From an uncultured Pseudomonadota bacterium (lineage in GTDB: Bacteria > Pseudomonadota > Alphaproteobacteria > RF32 > CAG-239), in assembly GCA_949292375.1 (NCBI GenBank), contig CASEZG010000001.1:60679-124678 (forward strand): 64,000 nt of DNA. The letters are read 5' to 3'. Positions 42,832-53,629 of the stretch are shown one piece after another. The notes below the pieces were generated by a model. The model did not search any database. It was not told the origin of the DNA and saw only the letters and a program-made list of their open reading frames with translations. Numbering within the stretch: position 1 is the stretch's first letter; each line of letters begins with the position of its first letter. Position numbers and translations under genes: made by a program.

Positions 42832-43818
42832 CTAAAGGTCAAGAATGCTTTTTCTTTTTGTTTTGGGTTTAATGACCTTGATTTTGGGCTTTTTACTCTG
42901 CATCTCACGCCAATCCCAAGGCATATAAAAGCGTCCTTGCCAGAGACCTCTTTTGTTGGCTTGCGCCTGACGCTCGTACGGAACATAAATATCCGTATAT
43001 TTTTGGTTGGCAACAGCCCAACCAGCATTTACAAGAGCAGCTCCCAAATCATATTGTCCGAGAGAACAAGTTCCAATCATATTTCCTTTGGAATCTTGCT
43101 GCATTACTCGACATTCCAGTTCATTGGTCGTTATCCAATTTTTAAGCCACATTGCGGCTTCTTTACCGCAGTTATATGAACGACCTTGGTGGTCTGCACA
43201 AGTTTGATTGGCTTCCGGCGCGTCTATGCCATATAGCTTGAAGTAGCGACCCTGCAATTCTAAAGTATCTCCGTTGATTACTCTCGCAGAACTATAAAAT
43301 GCCGGAAAATTATTAGGATTAAATGCCGGTGCTTCTTCTTCACCGCCGCCCCAAGAGCTCATAAACTTTTGAAAAGTGTTTTTTTGAGGTTGTTGTTGTG
43401 GTTGTCTTTGTTGCGGAGCTTGAGAACCTATGTTTGAAGAGAAGTTCTCGTCAAGACTTGGCCCATAACTTTCTTCCTCCATAATAACCAAACTTCCGTT
43501 TTGCTGCGTCTGGTTTGCATTGCCTTGCATACCCATAAAACTTCTTAAGGATTGGCCTATGCCTCCGATGCCGTTGTTAAAACCGCCTATTGCATACAAA
43601 ATGAAAGTTATTATGGATATTACGACCAAGAAAGAAGGCAAACAGCCCATTGCGCGCCAAGCCATTTTTCCGAAAATATAGAGGACAACCAGACCTATTA
43701 TCAGCCCTATAAAACCGCCTCCTTGCAAAAGCAAACTGCTGCTTTGAGTTCCGCTGCCACCGAGCAATATCAAAATTAGGGCACCTATTCCTAAAAGAGC
43801 TTTTTTCAGAAAAACCAT
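42832..43818 (-). CDS. Membrane-anchored thermonuclease (SNase-like) family protein with Gly- and Gln-rich linker
   Basis: N-terminal TM helices, a QQRQPQQQPQ linker, and a C-terminal staphylococcal-nuclease-like domain with the GDTLEL...LYGIDAPE and RGLWQG motifs. Confidence 0.7.
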   Translation of the reverse strand: MVFLKKALLGIGALILILLGGSGTQSSSLLLQGGGFIGLIIGLVVLYIFGKMAWRAMGCLPSFLVVISIITFILYAIGGFNNGIGGIGQSLRSFMGMQGNANQTQQNGSLVIMEEESYGPSLDENFSSNIGSQAPQQRQPQQQPQKNTFQKFMSSWGGGEEEAPAFNPNNFPAFYSSARVINGDTLELQGRYFKLYGIDAPEANQTCADHQGRSYNCGKEAAMWLKNWITTNELECRVMQQDSKGNMIGTCSLGQYDLGAALVNAGWAVANQKYTDIYVPYERQAQANKRGLWQGRFYMPWDWREMQSKKPKIKVIKPKTKRKSILDL

Positions 43819-43940
43819 AATGTATCTTCCTCTTGTTTGTTTTGCATTATTAGAGCACAGGAATCCCAAATCGCCAAGATTTTTTTCTGCGCCTTTTTTT
43901 GGAGTTTACAAACAAGCTCTTAACAAGGAGTAAACGGATA

Positions 43941-43970
43941 AAAAGAAACTCCCTTTTGGGAGCTTCTTTT
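43941..43970 (-). terminator. Rho-independent terminator downstream of parB
   Basis: aagaaactccc tttt gggagcttctt, flanked by A/T runs. Confidence 0.65.
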
Positions 43971-43973
43971 AAC

Positions 43974-44999
43974 CTAATCTATGATTTTCATGGTGAATTT
44001 CTCACCTGAAGCAGCGGGTTGATCATTTTGCGGAATCGGCATTGTTCCGTTTTTACGCTTTTGCTCCAAAATATCAATAATCATATCAAGCTCTGCAGCT
44101 GAAGCATACTGCAATACAACTTTTCCGCCGCCTTGTTTGCTCGGTGAGATTTTTATGCGAAGGCCGAGATTTTTGTTTAAATCTTTTTCTATTTCAACAA
44201 TATCTTCATCTTTTGCCTTTTTGGGCTCTTTAGGTTCCGGATTTTTTTGCTTGGCAACCAATTCTTCAACCTGACGGACATTTAAGTCTTTGGCAACTAT
44301 TTGCTTTGCTAACGCTTCAGCATTTTCCAGCCCAACCAAGGCTCTTGCATGCCCTGCAGATAAAGAACCGTCACGAACCATATCTTTTACAGAATCCGGC
44401 AGATTAAGCAGTCTGAGAGTGTTAGCAATATGGCTGCGAGATTTTCCGACAATTTGAGCTAATGCCTCTTGCGTATGTGAAAACTCATCTATCAGGCGCT
44501 GAAAACCTTCGGCCTCTTCAATAGCTGACAAATTTTCACGCAGCAGGTTTTCAACCAAAGCAACTTCCAGGACTTCTTTGTCGTCCATTTCTTTAACAAT
44601 CACGGGAACAGATTGCAGACCTGCCAGTTTTGATGCACGCCAACGGCGTTCTCCGGCAATAATCTCGTATTTATCCCCTTTGCGACGAACCAATAAAGGC
44701 TGCAAAACACCTTTTTCTTTTACGGATTCAACAAGCGCGTTTAAGGATTCTTCATCAAAATCCTTGCGCGGTTGAAAAGGGCTAGGATATAATTTCTCAA
44801 TAGCAACAGTGTCGTCTGCGGGTTGAATTGGCTGAGACGGTGTATCATTTAAGGCTTCGTCTAAATTAAATTCGCTATCTCCGAGCAAAGCACCCAGACC
44901 GCGGCCAAGGCTTTTTCTTTTACCGCTGTGTTGTCCTTCTTCATGCTTGATTCCGTCGCCTAAAATATCCAAATCTTCTAATTTTTCGTTTTCTAACAT
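43974..44999 (-). CDS. parB: Chromosome partitioning protein ParB
   Basis: ParB box GERRWRA. HTH region. The start MLENEK overlaps parA by a few nt. Confidence 0.9.
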   Translation of the reverse strand: MLENEKLEDLDILGDGIKHEEGQHSGKRKSLGRGLGALLGDSEFNLDEALNDTPSQPIQPADDTVAIEKLYPSPFQPRKDFDEESLNALVESVKEKGVLQPLLVRRKGDKYEIIAGERRWRASKLAGLQSVPVIVKEMDDKEVLEVALVENLLRENLSAIEEAEGFQRLIDEFSHTQEALAQIVGKSRSHIANTLRLLNLPDSVKDMVRDGSLSAGHARALVGLENAEALAKQIVAKDLNVRQVEELVAKQKNPEPKEPKKAKDEDIVEIEKDLNKNLGLRIKISPSKQGGGKVVLQYASAAELDMIIDILEQKRKNGTMPIPQNDQPAASGEKFTMKIID

Positions 45000-45772
45000 G
45001 CTAATAATTCCTTCTCTCTTTTCAAAACTTCGCCGGTTAGGCTTATATAGGCTTGCGAGCCCGGGCATCTAAAGTCATAAATCAAAACTGGTTTTCCGTG
45101 TGAAGGTGCTTCGGAAACTCTTACATTTCTCGGAATAACGGTTTGATAAACTTTCTTGCCAAAGAAATTTCTGACATCATCTTCAACCATTTGGGATAAA
45201 TTATTGCGTTTGTCATACATTGTTAAGACAACGCCTTGGAGCTCTAACTTCGGATTGAAGGCACGCTTGATTTGGTTGATATTGCGAATCAAATCCGTGA
45301 TACCTTCAAGAGCCAAAAATTCGCATTGCAAAGGAACAATTACGGCATCGGCAGCAACAAGTGCATTAATTGTGACCAAGCTCAGAGAAGGCGGACAATC
45401 AATCAGAACATAATCATAGTTTATTACTTCTTTGCCCAAAGCATTGCGCAAAGCAAATTCTCTATGCTCAACATCTACGAGCTCAACTTCGGCACCGGCT
45501 AAGTCCGGAGATGAAGGAATTAAAGAGAAATTTGGAATCTCTGTCCAAACGACAGCCTCGTTGATTCTTTTTTCGCCAAGCAACACTTCATATGAAGATG
45601 CCATTCTGCCGGTTTTGTTAATACCCATTGAGGTCGTGGCATTGCCCTGAGGATCAAGATCAACAACCAAAACTTTTTTTCCGGCAGCAGCCATTGCGGT
45701 TGCTACGTTTACTGTTGTTGTTGTTTTACCAACACCGCCTTTACGATTTGCAATAGCAATTATTCTTGGCAT
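44993..45772 (-). CDS. parA: Chromosome partitioning ATPase ParA
   Basis: Deviant Walker A KGGVGKTTT. Confidence 0.92.
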   Translation of the reverse strand: MPRIIAIANRKGGVGKTTTTVNVATAMAAAGKKVLVVDLDPQGNATTSMGINKTGRMASSYEVLLGEKRINEAVVWTEIPNFSLIPSSPDLAGAEVELVDVEHREFALRNALGKEVINYDYVLIDCPPSLSLVTINALVAADAVIVPLQCEFLALEGITDLIRNINQIKRAFNPKLELQGVVLTMYDKRNNLSQMVEDDVRNFFGKKVYQTVIPRNVRVSEAPSHGKPVLIYDFRCPGSQAYISLTGEVLKREKELLAC

Positions 45773-46401
45773 TATTTAACTCCTTTATGTTTTTTGATTT
45801 GGTTTATGACTAATATTGCGCCTTCATCACTTTGTTCGCTTGGCACAACCTTATAATTAAAGCTCCAGTATTTTTGCGCTTCTGCTATTTCCTCCGGATA
45901 TTTTTTACCCTTCGGAAAGATACAAAGTGTTTTGGAGGTGGAAAATTTTGTTACATAGCCTAATAGCTCTTTTAATGAGCACATTGCTCTTGATGTTATT
46001 ACATCCACATTCGGAATTTTTATGTTTTCGATTCTGTCATTTATGATTTTTACATTATCGATTCCGGTTATTTTCTTAACTTCATTTAAATACAGTGTTT
46101 TTTTAGAGATGCTTTCTATCAAATAAAAATTTAAATACGGTGTTTTTTCTGCAGCCATTATTGCCAAAACCATCCCAGGGAAACCCGCTCCAGAACCAAA
46201 GTCAACAACGGTTTTAGCATTTTCAGGAATGAGTTTAAAAAGCTGAGCAGAATCTAAAAAATGTCTATTCCAAGCATCTTCAAGCGACGCGTTACTGACA
46301 AGATTAAACTTCTTTTGCCACCCATGCAAAGAAGCTTCATAAGCTTTTAATCGCTCGAATGTTTCACGTGAAACATTGTATGTGTCCATAAATTTTTTCA
46401 T
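45772..46401 (-). CDS. rsmG: 16S rRNA m7G527 methyltransferase
   Basis: GidB family. SAM motif DFGSGAGFPG. Confidence 0.88.
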   Translation of the reverse strand: MKKFMDTYNVSRETFERLKAYEASLHGWQKKFNLVSNASLEDAWNRHFLDSAQLFKLIPENAKTVVDFGSGAGFPGMVLAIMAAEKTPYLNFYLIESISKKTLYLNEVKKITGIDNVKIINDRIENIKIPNVDVITSRAMCSLKELLGYVTKFSTSKTLCIFPKGKKYPEEIAEAQKYWSFNYKVVPSEQSDEGAILVINQIKKHKGVK

Positions 46402-46539
46402 AAAATATTTATATAATTTTTCAAAATAATTTAAAACACCATAATTGAAGTTATAAACACAAAAAAAGTCTTTATTTTAAAAAGAATCTTAAAACAAAGA
46501 CTTAGACAGCGTATATTGAATCAAAATATGAAGATTATT

Positions 46540-47357
46540 TTATTTATTCAACTTCCAACGATTCGTATAATTCAGTTCAGACAATAGTTTTTCGGCTTCT
46601 GGAAAATATCGCCCAAGAGCATCCGTTGTATGTGCGTCATCGTTGATAACAATAGGAACATTTCTTTCTGCAAGCTCTTTCAACATCCATGTGTGCGGAT
46701 GCTGTTCTCCGGCTTTGGTCCAGCCGCTAGTGTTTAGCTCAAAAGGGTGCTTGGTTTTATCTAAGGCCTCTATAACCTTCCATTTGTACTCATCCCATTC
46801 AGGTTCTAAGCCTAGTCCAAAAATTTTTTAACATCCAAATGTGCTATAAAATCAAAATAACCGCTCTTTATCGATTCTATGACATTAAGCCAATAGTTTT
46901 TAATCCCATCTTTTAAGATATCTTCTTCTACCTTTATGTGCGACCAGGTCATATGGTAAATATTCTGCACCCAAGAAGCATCGTGGTTCATTAGATTATG
47001 TGTTGAACCAATTAAATAATCTACATCCAGACGCTTTTTGAGTTTTTCAAACTCACGGCACCATTCTGCAGACTTAAAATAATCAACCTCAAAACCGACA
47101 TATACTTTTATTTTGTGGCGAGATGCTGCTTCTCTTATAGCATCAATTGTCTTTAAATACACCGTTTCCGCTTTAGCGAAATCATCAAAATTTTGAGAAG
47201 ACCAACAATAAGATCCGGGTTTACAAATAAGATGATTTGATATTCCCAGTTCTGTAAATCCGATAGATTCGGCTTTTTCCATCATTTCATCCGGGGAATT
47301 GTGCCCATCATAGATACCAAAACTGTTTGTATGTGAGTGATAAGAAAATGTTTGCAT
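46540..47357 (-). pseudogene. PHP-family phosphatase (histidinol-phosphatase-like) interrupted by a frameshift in an A/T homopolymer
   Basis: The N-terminal part (181-aa ORF) carries the PHP motif YHSHTNSFGIYDGH. A second reading frame continues the same protein (GLGLEPEWDEY...ELNTSGW...VINDDAHT). Adding one T in the tract at 46819-46829 restores a single frame of about 272 aa. Confidence 0.65.
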
Positions 47358-47986
47358 TATTTTAGCCCTAAAATCTCATATACGTCGTTACCACATAGTT
47401 TATCAAGTTCTGCTTTTAATGCATTCCCAGTTTCTACGAGTTTTTTTACGATATCCGACGATAAATTATAGCGTTGTCCGATTGCTTCTGCTCGCACCTC
47501 AAATGGCACCATTGACAAGCCTTCAAATAACCTATCGGCAAACTGAACGATTCTGTCATATTCATCAAAGATGATATTATCTAATATTGATTGCGCTTCA
47601 ATTAAGTCTTGTTTTGGGTAAGAAGGATAATCTTCCAGCAAAATCTTTTTTTCAGGAAAAGTATGGGTTAAACATACGCGGGCAGGGCGTTCCCATCCTA
47701 AAGACTGCAATTCTTTATATCCGATAAGACCATGAAAACGGCCAATCTTCTTTTCGTTATATTTTTTGCCATAGTCGTGCAATAATCCGCAAATATAAGC
47801 AACATTACTATCTAAGCCTTTTATATTTCCGGCAATTGCGCGGGAAGCAAATGCAACACCTTGCGTGTGAAAAATATATTCATCGGTATATTTAAAATCA
47901 TCATTTTCCTGACGATATTTTTGCCCTTCCAACCACAAGCGCATTGCCTCGCGCATACTTGGACAATTTAAACAACTTTGTTGCAT
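47357..47986 (-). CDS. HD-domain phosphohydrolase, HDIG/YqeK-like
   Basis: Motifs HTQGVA, GLLHDYGK, FHGLIGY and CLTHTFP. 209 aa. Confidence 0.7.
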   Translation of the reverse strand: MQQSCLNCPSMREAMRLWLEGQKYRQENDDFKYTDEYIFHTQGVAFASRAIAGNIKGLDSNVAYICGLLHDYGKKYNEKKIGRFHGLIGYKELQSLGWERPARVCLTHTFPEKKILLEDYPSYPKQDLIEAQSILDNIIFDEYDRIVQFADRLFEGLSMVPFEVRAEAIGQRYNLSSDIVKKLVETGNALKAELDKLCGNDVYEILGLK

Positions 47987-47989
47987 TGA

Positions 47990-48607
47990 TTAATTGACTC
48001 CTAAAAGACGATAAACATCACAACCGCAACGTTTATCAAAGTAATTCTTTAGCATTAGAGCCTGACGATAGCGTTTTTTGATGAGAATTGTAGATAGGCG
48101 ATATTTGTCTTTAACATAGGCTATTCTCTCTTTTATTGTGCCAAAACCCATGCCCACGACAAGCAAATCGCAAAGCTGTATCAATCTGTCATAGTCATCA
48201 TATTCGATTTTTGATAAAAGGTTTTTGGTTTTACGCATTTCGGGATATGAATATTCAGTATATTTAAAATCTTTATTTGGGAAAGTATGGGTTAAACATA
48301 TGCGGGCAACTTCATCAAAGCCGAGTTCGTTCATCGCATTATAACCGGTCAGACCATGAAAATATTGTTTGCTGTCTGCATCGCAAACCATTTTGCCATA
48401 ATCATGCAACAATCCAAATATATATGCTTTTTGAACATCTAAATATTCAAGTCTTGAGGCTATCATCTCCGCACAACAAGCAACCAAACAACAATGGCTT
48501 CGATAAGATTTTTCAAAATAAAAGGCAAAGCGCGGTTGTTCTGTCCGCATTTTAACCAATCCCTCATCAAATAAATCCAATGCTTGTTTTATGCTTGGGC
48601 AAGTCAT
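47990..48607 (-). CDS. HD-domain phosphohydrolase, HDIG/YqeK-like, paralog of the adjacent gene
   Basis: Motifs GLLHDYGK, FHGLTGY and CLTHTFP. 205 aa. Same motif order as its neighbour. Confidence 0.7.
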   Translation of the reverse strand: MTCPSIKQALDLFDEGLVKMRTEQPRFAFYFEKSYRSHCCLVACCAEMIASRLEYLDVQKAYIFGLLHDYGKMVCDADSKQYFHGLTGYNAMNELGFDEVARICLTHTFPNKDFKYTEYSYPEMRKTKNLLSKIEYDDYDRLIQLCDLLVVGMGFGTIKERIAYVKDKYRLSTILIKKRYRQALMLKNYFDKRCGCDVYRLLGVN

Positions 48608-48610
48608 TTA

Positions 48611-50467
48611 TCACCTCTTTACATATCCTAAAACGGCGGTTATTGCCGCCGGTGTTACGCCGGGGATTCGCGATGCTTCGCCAATGGTTGCCGGACGAAC
48701 CTTGCTTAGTTTGGCCACCATCTCACGGGATAGTCCTCCGATTTTTGAATAATCAATATCTTCTCTCAGCTTTAACTTTTCGTCTTTTTTAAATACTTCT
48801 ATATCTGCCATTTGACGTTTGATGTATCCGGCGTAGCGCGCATCTATTTCTATCTGTTCATAAACATCCGACGGTATATCTGACAACTTGGGAAAAATTT
48901 GTCCGATTGTTTCACGTGAAACACCATCGTATGACATTACATTAAAGGCTGTTCTGTGGGTTCCGTCTTTTTTGGTATGAACACCAAACTTTTCCAGCTC
49001 GTTCGGTGTGATTGTCAAACTTTCACTTAACCTGCGATAGTGAAGAATTTTATCTCTTTTAGCTTTAAATACACTGTATCTATGCTCACCGACACAGCCG
49101 ATTTCGTATCCTTGTTCCGTCAAACGCGCGTCAGCATTGTCTGCTCGCAAGAATAACCGATATTCTGAACGAGATGTAAACATACGATAGGGTTCATCAA
49201 CGCCCTTGGTTATCAAATCATCTACCATTACACCAATATAGGCATTACTACGGTCGATGAAAAATTCTCGACCTTTACCTTCAGCTTTTAAGGCTGCATT
49301 GACGCCGGCCAATAATCCTTGAGCTGCGGCTTCTTCATAGCCGGTTGTTCCGTTAATCTGTCCTGCCAAAAATAGGTTAGGGGCTTTTTTTACCTCAAGC
49401 GTATGACTGAGTTCTTGCGGGTCTACATAGTCATATTCAATAGCGTAAGCAAAGCGCAAAATTTCAACATTTTCCAATCCCTTCATCGTATGAATGAAGG
49501 CATCCTGAACATCTGCCGGCAGAGAGGTTGATATACCGTTTGGATACACAACATCCGTATTCAAACCTTCCGGCTCCAAAAAAATTTGGTGGCTAGTGCG
49601 GTCGGCAAACTTGACCAGCTTATCTTCAATACTCGGACAATATCTTGGGCCAACACCTGTTATTAACCCTGAAAATAATGCGCATTTAGAAAAATTGTCT
49701 CTGATTATCTTATGCGTTTCCTCATTGGTTTGTGTAATGTGGCATTCTATTTGCGGATTGGTAATCTTTTCCGTTAAGTATGAAAAAGGTTCGGGATTTT
49801 CATCGCCGCTTTGGGTTTCCAAAATATCCCAGTTTATGGTTTTGCCGTTCAGGCGGGCAGGGGTTCCCGTTTTCAGACGCCCAACTTTAAGCCCCAAAGA
49901 CTTTAAATACGGTGTTATACCGACACATGCTGCATCTCCGACACGACCTCCGGGGGTGGCAACATGACCGGTAAACATAATACCGTTCAAAAAAGTGCCG
50001 GTTGTTAAAACAACAGCACCGGCTTCATAAGCTGTTCCGTCAGCCAAGGTTACGCCAACAACGCTATTATCTTTTATCAGCAAACCCTCTACTGGTGCCT
50101 CAATCAGAGTTAAATTTTCCTGTTCTTGCAAAGCCTCCAACATATATTTACGATAAAGTTCTCTATCTGCTTGCGCACGGGGACCTCTTACTGCCGGCCC
50201 TTTTGAGGCGTTTAGCATACGAAACTGTATGCCTGCTTTGTCTATGACTCTACCCATCAAGCCATCAAGCGCGTCTATTTCTCTAACCAGATGCCCTTTA
50301 CCTAAACCGCCTATTGCCGGATTGCAAGACATCTCGCCAATGCGGTCTATACGATGTGTGATTAATGCCGTTTTTGCGCCCATTCTGGCCGCTGCAGCAC
50401 AGGCCTCGCAACCTGCATGTCCGCCACCGACAACAATGACATCAAATTTATTATCTTTATCGCTCAT
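48611..50467 (-). CDS. mnmG: tRNA uridine 5-carboxymethylaminomethyl modification enzyme
   Basis: FAD-binding motif [13 protein letters not shown]. 618 aa. Confidence 0.95.
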   Translation of the reverse strand: MSDKDNKFDVIVVGGGHAGCEACAAAARMGAKTALITHRIDRIGEMSCNPAIGGLGKGHLVREIDALDGLMGRVIDKAGIQFRMLNASKGPAVRGPRAQADRELYRKYMLEALQEQENLTLIEAPVEGLLIKDNSVVGVTLADGTAYEAGAVVLTTGTFLNGIMFTGHVATPGGRVGDAACVGITPYLKSLGLKVGRLKTGTPARLNGKTINWDILETQSGDENPEPFSYLTEKITNPQIECHITQTNEETHKIIRDNFSKCALFSGLITGVGPRYCPSIEDKLVKFADRTSHQIFLEPEGLNTDVVYPNGISTSLPADVQDAFIHTMKGLENVEILRFAYAIEYDYVDPQELSHTLEVKKAPNLFLAGQINGTTGYEEAAAQGLLAGVNAALKAEGKGREFFIDRSNAYIGVMVDDLITKGVDEPYRMFTSRSEYRLFLRADNADARLTEQGYEIGCVGEHRYSVFKAKRDKILHYRRLSESLTITPNELEKFGVHTKKDGTHRTAFNVMSYDGVSRETIGQIFPKLSDIPSDVYEQIEIDARYAGYIKRQMADIEVFKKDEKLKLREDIDYSKIGGLSREMVAKLSKVRPATIGEASRIPGVTPAAITAVLGYVKR

Positions 50468-50549
50468 TTATTTTGCCTTTTTATATTTTGTTGCATTTTA
50501 GCATTTAAATCTTATTAAGCGGTTAATTTGTTATATTAAACCGCAAATA

Positions 50550-50585
50550 AAGACCTGAACAAGAGGTTCAGGCCTTTATTTTGTT
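50550..50585. terminator. Hairpin terminator downstream of mnmE
   Basis: agacctgaac aagag gttcaggcct, flanked by T-runs on both strands. Confidence 0.55.
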
Positions 50586-50589
50586 TTGA

Positions 50590-51933
50590 TTATTTTCCGA
50601 TACAGAAACTACCAAAAATCTTATTTAATATATCGTCGACTTCTATTCGTCCGGTAATCTTGCCCAAGCCTCTTGCGGCAAGGCGGATATCCTCTGCGGA
50701 AAGCTCTATCTCCTTATCAAAAGAAAAACGTTCCAGATTATCCAAAGTTTCGGTCAAAGCTTCACGATACCTTTGTCTGGTGATAAGCAAATTTGAATTG
50801 GCCGTAAATCTTTCTTTGATTTGCTGGTATATAACTTCCATTAAGTCGGCAATGCCTTGTTTATGTTTTGCAGAGATAACAACACAACCTTGTTTTTTGA
50901 GATTTGAACATTGTTCAAAAGTTAAATTATCAGATTTGTTCGCAACATATATCGCTTTGTTTTTAAAAGAATTTTTAATATTATCAAAGATTTGAACAGA
51001 GTCTTTTGAAGCATCAAATAAACAAAGAACCAAATCCGCATCAGCGATTTTGCGAAAAGCAATTTCTATGCCTTGCTTCTCAATTTCTTCTTCAACTTCG
51101 CGAATGCCTGCCGTGTCCGTAAACATTACGGGATAACCTTTAATGTCCAAATGAACATCTACAGCATCTCGCGTTGTTCCGGCTATGGAAGACACTATTG
51201 CCGCTTCACGATTGACAACAGTGTTCAACAAACTTGATTTTCCGGCATTCGGCGGACCAACAATAACAACTCGAAAACCTTCACGCAATCTTTCGCCGAT
51301 TGAATCAGTATTCAAGTGCTCAGAAATGGCGGTTTTAAGTTTAAATACATCGTTCAAAAGTTTATCAACCAACTCTTGCGGAATATCCTCATCCGGAAAA
51401 TCTATATAAGCCTCAAGGTAGGCCATTATCTTAATCAACTCTTCTCGCCAGCCGTCATACAGATTTTTTAAGCCGCCTTCCATTTGGCGCATGGCATATT
51501 TTTGTTGCTCTGATGTTTCGGAATCAATCAGGTCGGCCAAACCTTCGGCCTCGGTTAAATCCATCTTGCCGTTGTGAAAAGCGCGTCTGGAAAATTCGCC
51601 GGGTTCGGCCATACGAAAATCAGGAATTTTGCTTAGGTTTTCCAAAACAGACGCTATTACGGCTTTAGAGCCGTGAGTTTGAAATTCTACGATATCTTCT
51701 CCCGTAAAAGAATGAGGAGCCTTAAAATAAAGCAATAAACATTTATCCAATGTTTCACGGGAAACATTGTCCTTGATATCCGTAAAATATGCATAACGCG
51801 GTTTTAAGCCTTTTACTTTTAAGTTTGTCAGCTTGGCAACGGCTTCTTTTGCTTTTGCTCCAGAAACACGAATGACTGCCACACCTGATTTGCCATATAC
51901 CGTCGACAAGGCGTAAATTGTTTGATTATCCAT
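50590..51933 (-). CDS. mnmE: tRNA modification GTPase
   Basis: G-domain motif GPPNAGKSSLLN. C-terminal CIGK. Confidence 0.93.
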   Translation of the reverse strand: MDNQTIYALSTVYGKSGVAVIRVSGAKAKEAVAKLTNLKVKGLKPRYAYFTDIKDNVSRETLDKCLLLYFKAPHSFTGEDIVEFQTHGSKAVIASVLENLSKIPDFRMAEPGEFSRRAFHNGKMDLTEAEGLADLIDSETSEQQKYAMRQMEGGLKNLYDGWREELIKIMAYLEAYIDFPDEDIPQELVDKLLNDVFKLKTAISEHLNTDSIGERLREGFRVVIVGPPNAGKSSLLNTVVNREAAIVSSIAGTTRDAVDVHLDIKGYPVMFTDTAGIREVEEEIEKQGIEIAFRKIADADLVLCLFDASKDSVQIFDNIKNSFKNKAIYVANKSDNLTFEQCSNLKKQGCVVISAKHKQGIADLMEVIYQQIKERFTANSNLLITRQRYREALTETLDNLERFSFDKEIELSAEDIRLAARGLGKITGRIEVDDILNKIFGSFCIGK

Positions 51934-52122
51934 AACAACTCCTTCAAAAAGTTGCGCTTAGTATTATACCAAAGCTCGTTTTTGGCAAGATTTAAAATAA
52001 GGCCGTTTTTTTGACTCAGGAGCGGTTTTTTACTCTGTCTTAATAAATGTATTATAAAATGTCTTAAAATCTTCTGTACGAGGCTTAAAAAGACTCATTA
52101 ATTTTAAACTAAAAGGTGCAAA

Positions 52123-52803
52123 ATGGATAAATTTAAACCAGAATTAATTATTTGGGATTATGACGGCGTTTTGGCAGATAGCGAAAAATTATGGATTAAG
52201 ATTTGGCAAAATATGCTTAACGAAAATTTTGACCTCGGATGGGATTTTGAAACCGCCGATAAATTTTTGGGCGGGTTGGCCGTTAAAACAAAAATTAAAA
52301 ATTTACAAAAAATAGGTATAACTATTGATGACGATTTTTTGCGTGAACTTAAAAGACGCGAAACCTATGATATCGAGCATAACCTGAAAGCAACTCCCGG
52401 CGTGGAAGAAATTTTGCAACAGACAAAAATTCCTTATTGTCTGGCAACCGGCGGATTCTTGGCAAAAACAGAGGCTAAGCTCAAGGCAATGAACTTCAAA
52501 AAATATTTTCCCGATGACCATATATTTACGGCGGAGCAGGTGGAACATGGTAAACCTGAGCCTGACCTCTTCCTTTTTTCTGCCAAACAAATGAATGCTT
52601 TGCCGCAAAATACCATTGTTATTGAAGACTCTTTGCCCGGCTTGCAGGCTGCTCAGGCAGCCGGTATGCTGCCGGTGGCTTTTGTCGGAAGCGAGATGAA
52701 CTGTACACCCGAATATCAGCAAAAAGTGTGCGAGCTTGGTGTTGAGCATATCTTTTTGACAATGAAAGAACTTTCTGATTTTTTAAAAAATATTGACAAA
52801 TAG
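52123..52803 (+). CDS. HAD-superfamily hydrolase, beta-phosphoglucomutase/phosphatase-like
   Basis: Motif I IIWDYDGVLADSE (DxDG). Motif III EDS...G near the C-terminus. Confidence 0.8.
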   Translation: MDKFKPELIIWDYDGVLADSEKLWIKIWQNMLNENFDLGWDFETADKFLGGLAVKTKIKNLQKIGITIDDDFLRELKRRETYDIEHNLKATPGVEEILQQTKIPYCLATGGFLAKTEAKLKAMNFKKYFPDDHIFTAEQVEHGKPEPDLFLFSAKQMNALPQNTIVIEDSLPGLQAAQAAGMLPVAFVGSEMNCTPEYQQKVCELGVEHIFLTMKELSDFLKNIDK

Positions 52804-52852
52804 CCAAAAATATTCATAATCTCTCATAAGAATTATATTAATTTATTATATT

Positions 52853-53620
52853 ATGAGTAGAAGATTTTTTAGCGACCTGTCAAAATCAGATTTTGGCTAC
52901 GCAGTGAAGATTTTATTGGTGCTTGGTATTTTAATCGGCACATTGGTTTACACTTTGACCGTCAGCAGAGAATTTCTCTTGTTTGGCATTTTGTTTTTCT
53001 GTTTATCTTTCATTGTAAATTTCTTTACTGATAGATCTTTCTTAAAAATAAGGTGTCATCTTGGAAATGCCTTTTTATTTGCTACGGGAATTATGGCGAT
53101 AATGACTTTGTTGCCAATCTATTTTTGGATCAAAGTCTGCATAGCCTTATTTTTTTGTGTTGTGCTTAATATCTATTGGGCATTAATTGGTTCTGTTCTA
53201 TTTGTAAAAACTTCCAAAGATATAACCATAAATATTAATAATATTATGGCGACCAATGCCGTCTTTATTGTGATTTTCTTCGTGTGCATTTTTTTCAGAT
53301 TTCTGGATAATATGGCTGACGAAAGACAGCTGGCACGGGAAGAAAAGCAGAATGCGGACATTGAAAAAGCTGAGCCTAATGGTGTATACACCGTTTTTAA
53401 AGACGGGGAAGCAACTTTTATTGTTAAAAAAGTTATCCCTGTTGTTATGAGCGGCTACACTAAAGTTGTTTTGATTAGTGAAGACAATATGTTATTCACT
53501 ATCAACAGAAACATTGAGGAAGCCATCTTAACAGAACCCGGACATATTGTTTGGGTGAAAGTTGATGAAGACGGTTATTGCGAAGATTTTGATAACCAAG
53601 GCCTAGTGGTCGTAAAATAA
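52853..53620 (+). CDS. Membrane protein, about 5 TM helices plus a soluble beta-rich C-terminal domain of about 90 aa
   Basis: Hydrophobic helices are read from the sequence. No known motif. Confidence 0.5.
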   Translation: MSRRFFSDLSKSDFGYAVKILLVLGILIGTLVYTLTVSREFLLFGILFFCLSFIVNFFTDRSFLKIRCHLGNAFLFATGIMAIMTLLPIYFWIKVCIALFFCVVLNIYWALIGSVLFVKTSKDITININNIMATNAVFIVIFFVCIFFRFLDNMADERQLAREEKQNADIEKAEPNGVYTVFKDGEATFIVKKVIPVVMSGYTKVVLISEDNMLFTINRNIEEAILTEPGHIVWVKVDEDGYCEDFDNQGLVVVK

Positions 53621-53629
53621 TCAATAATT

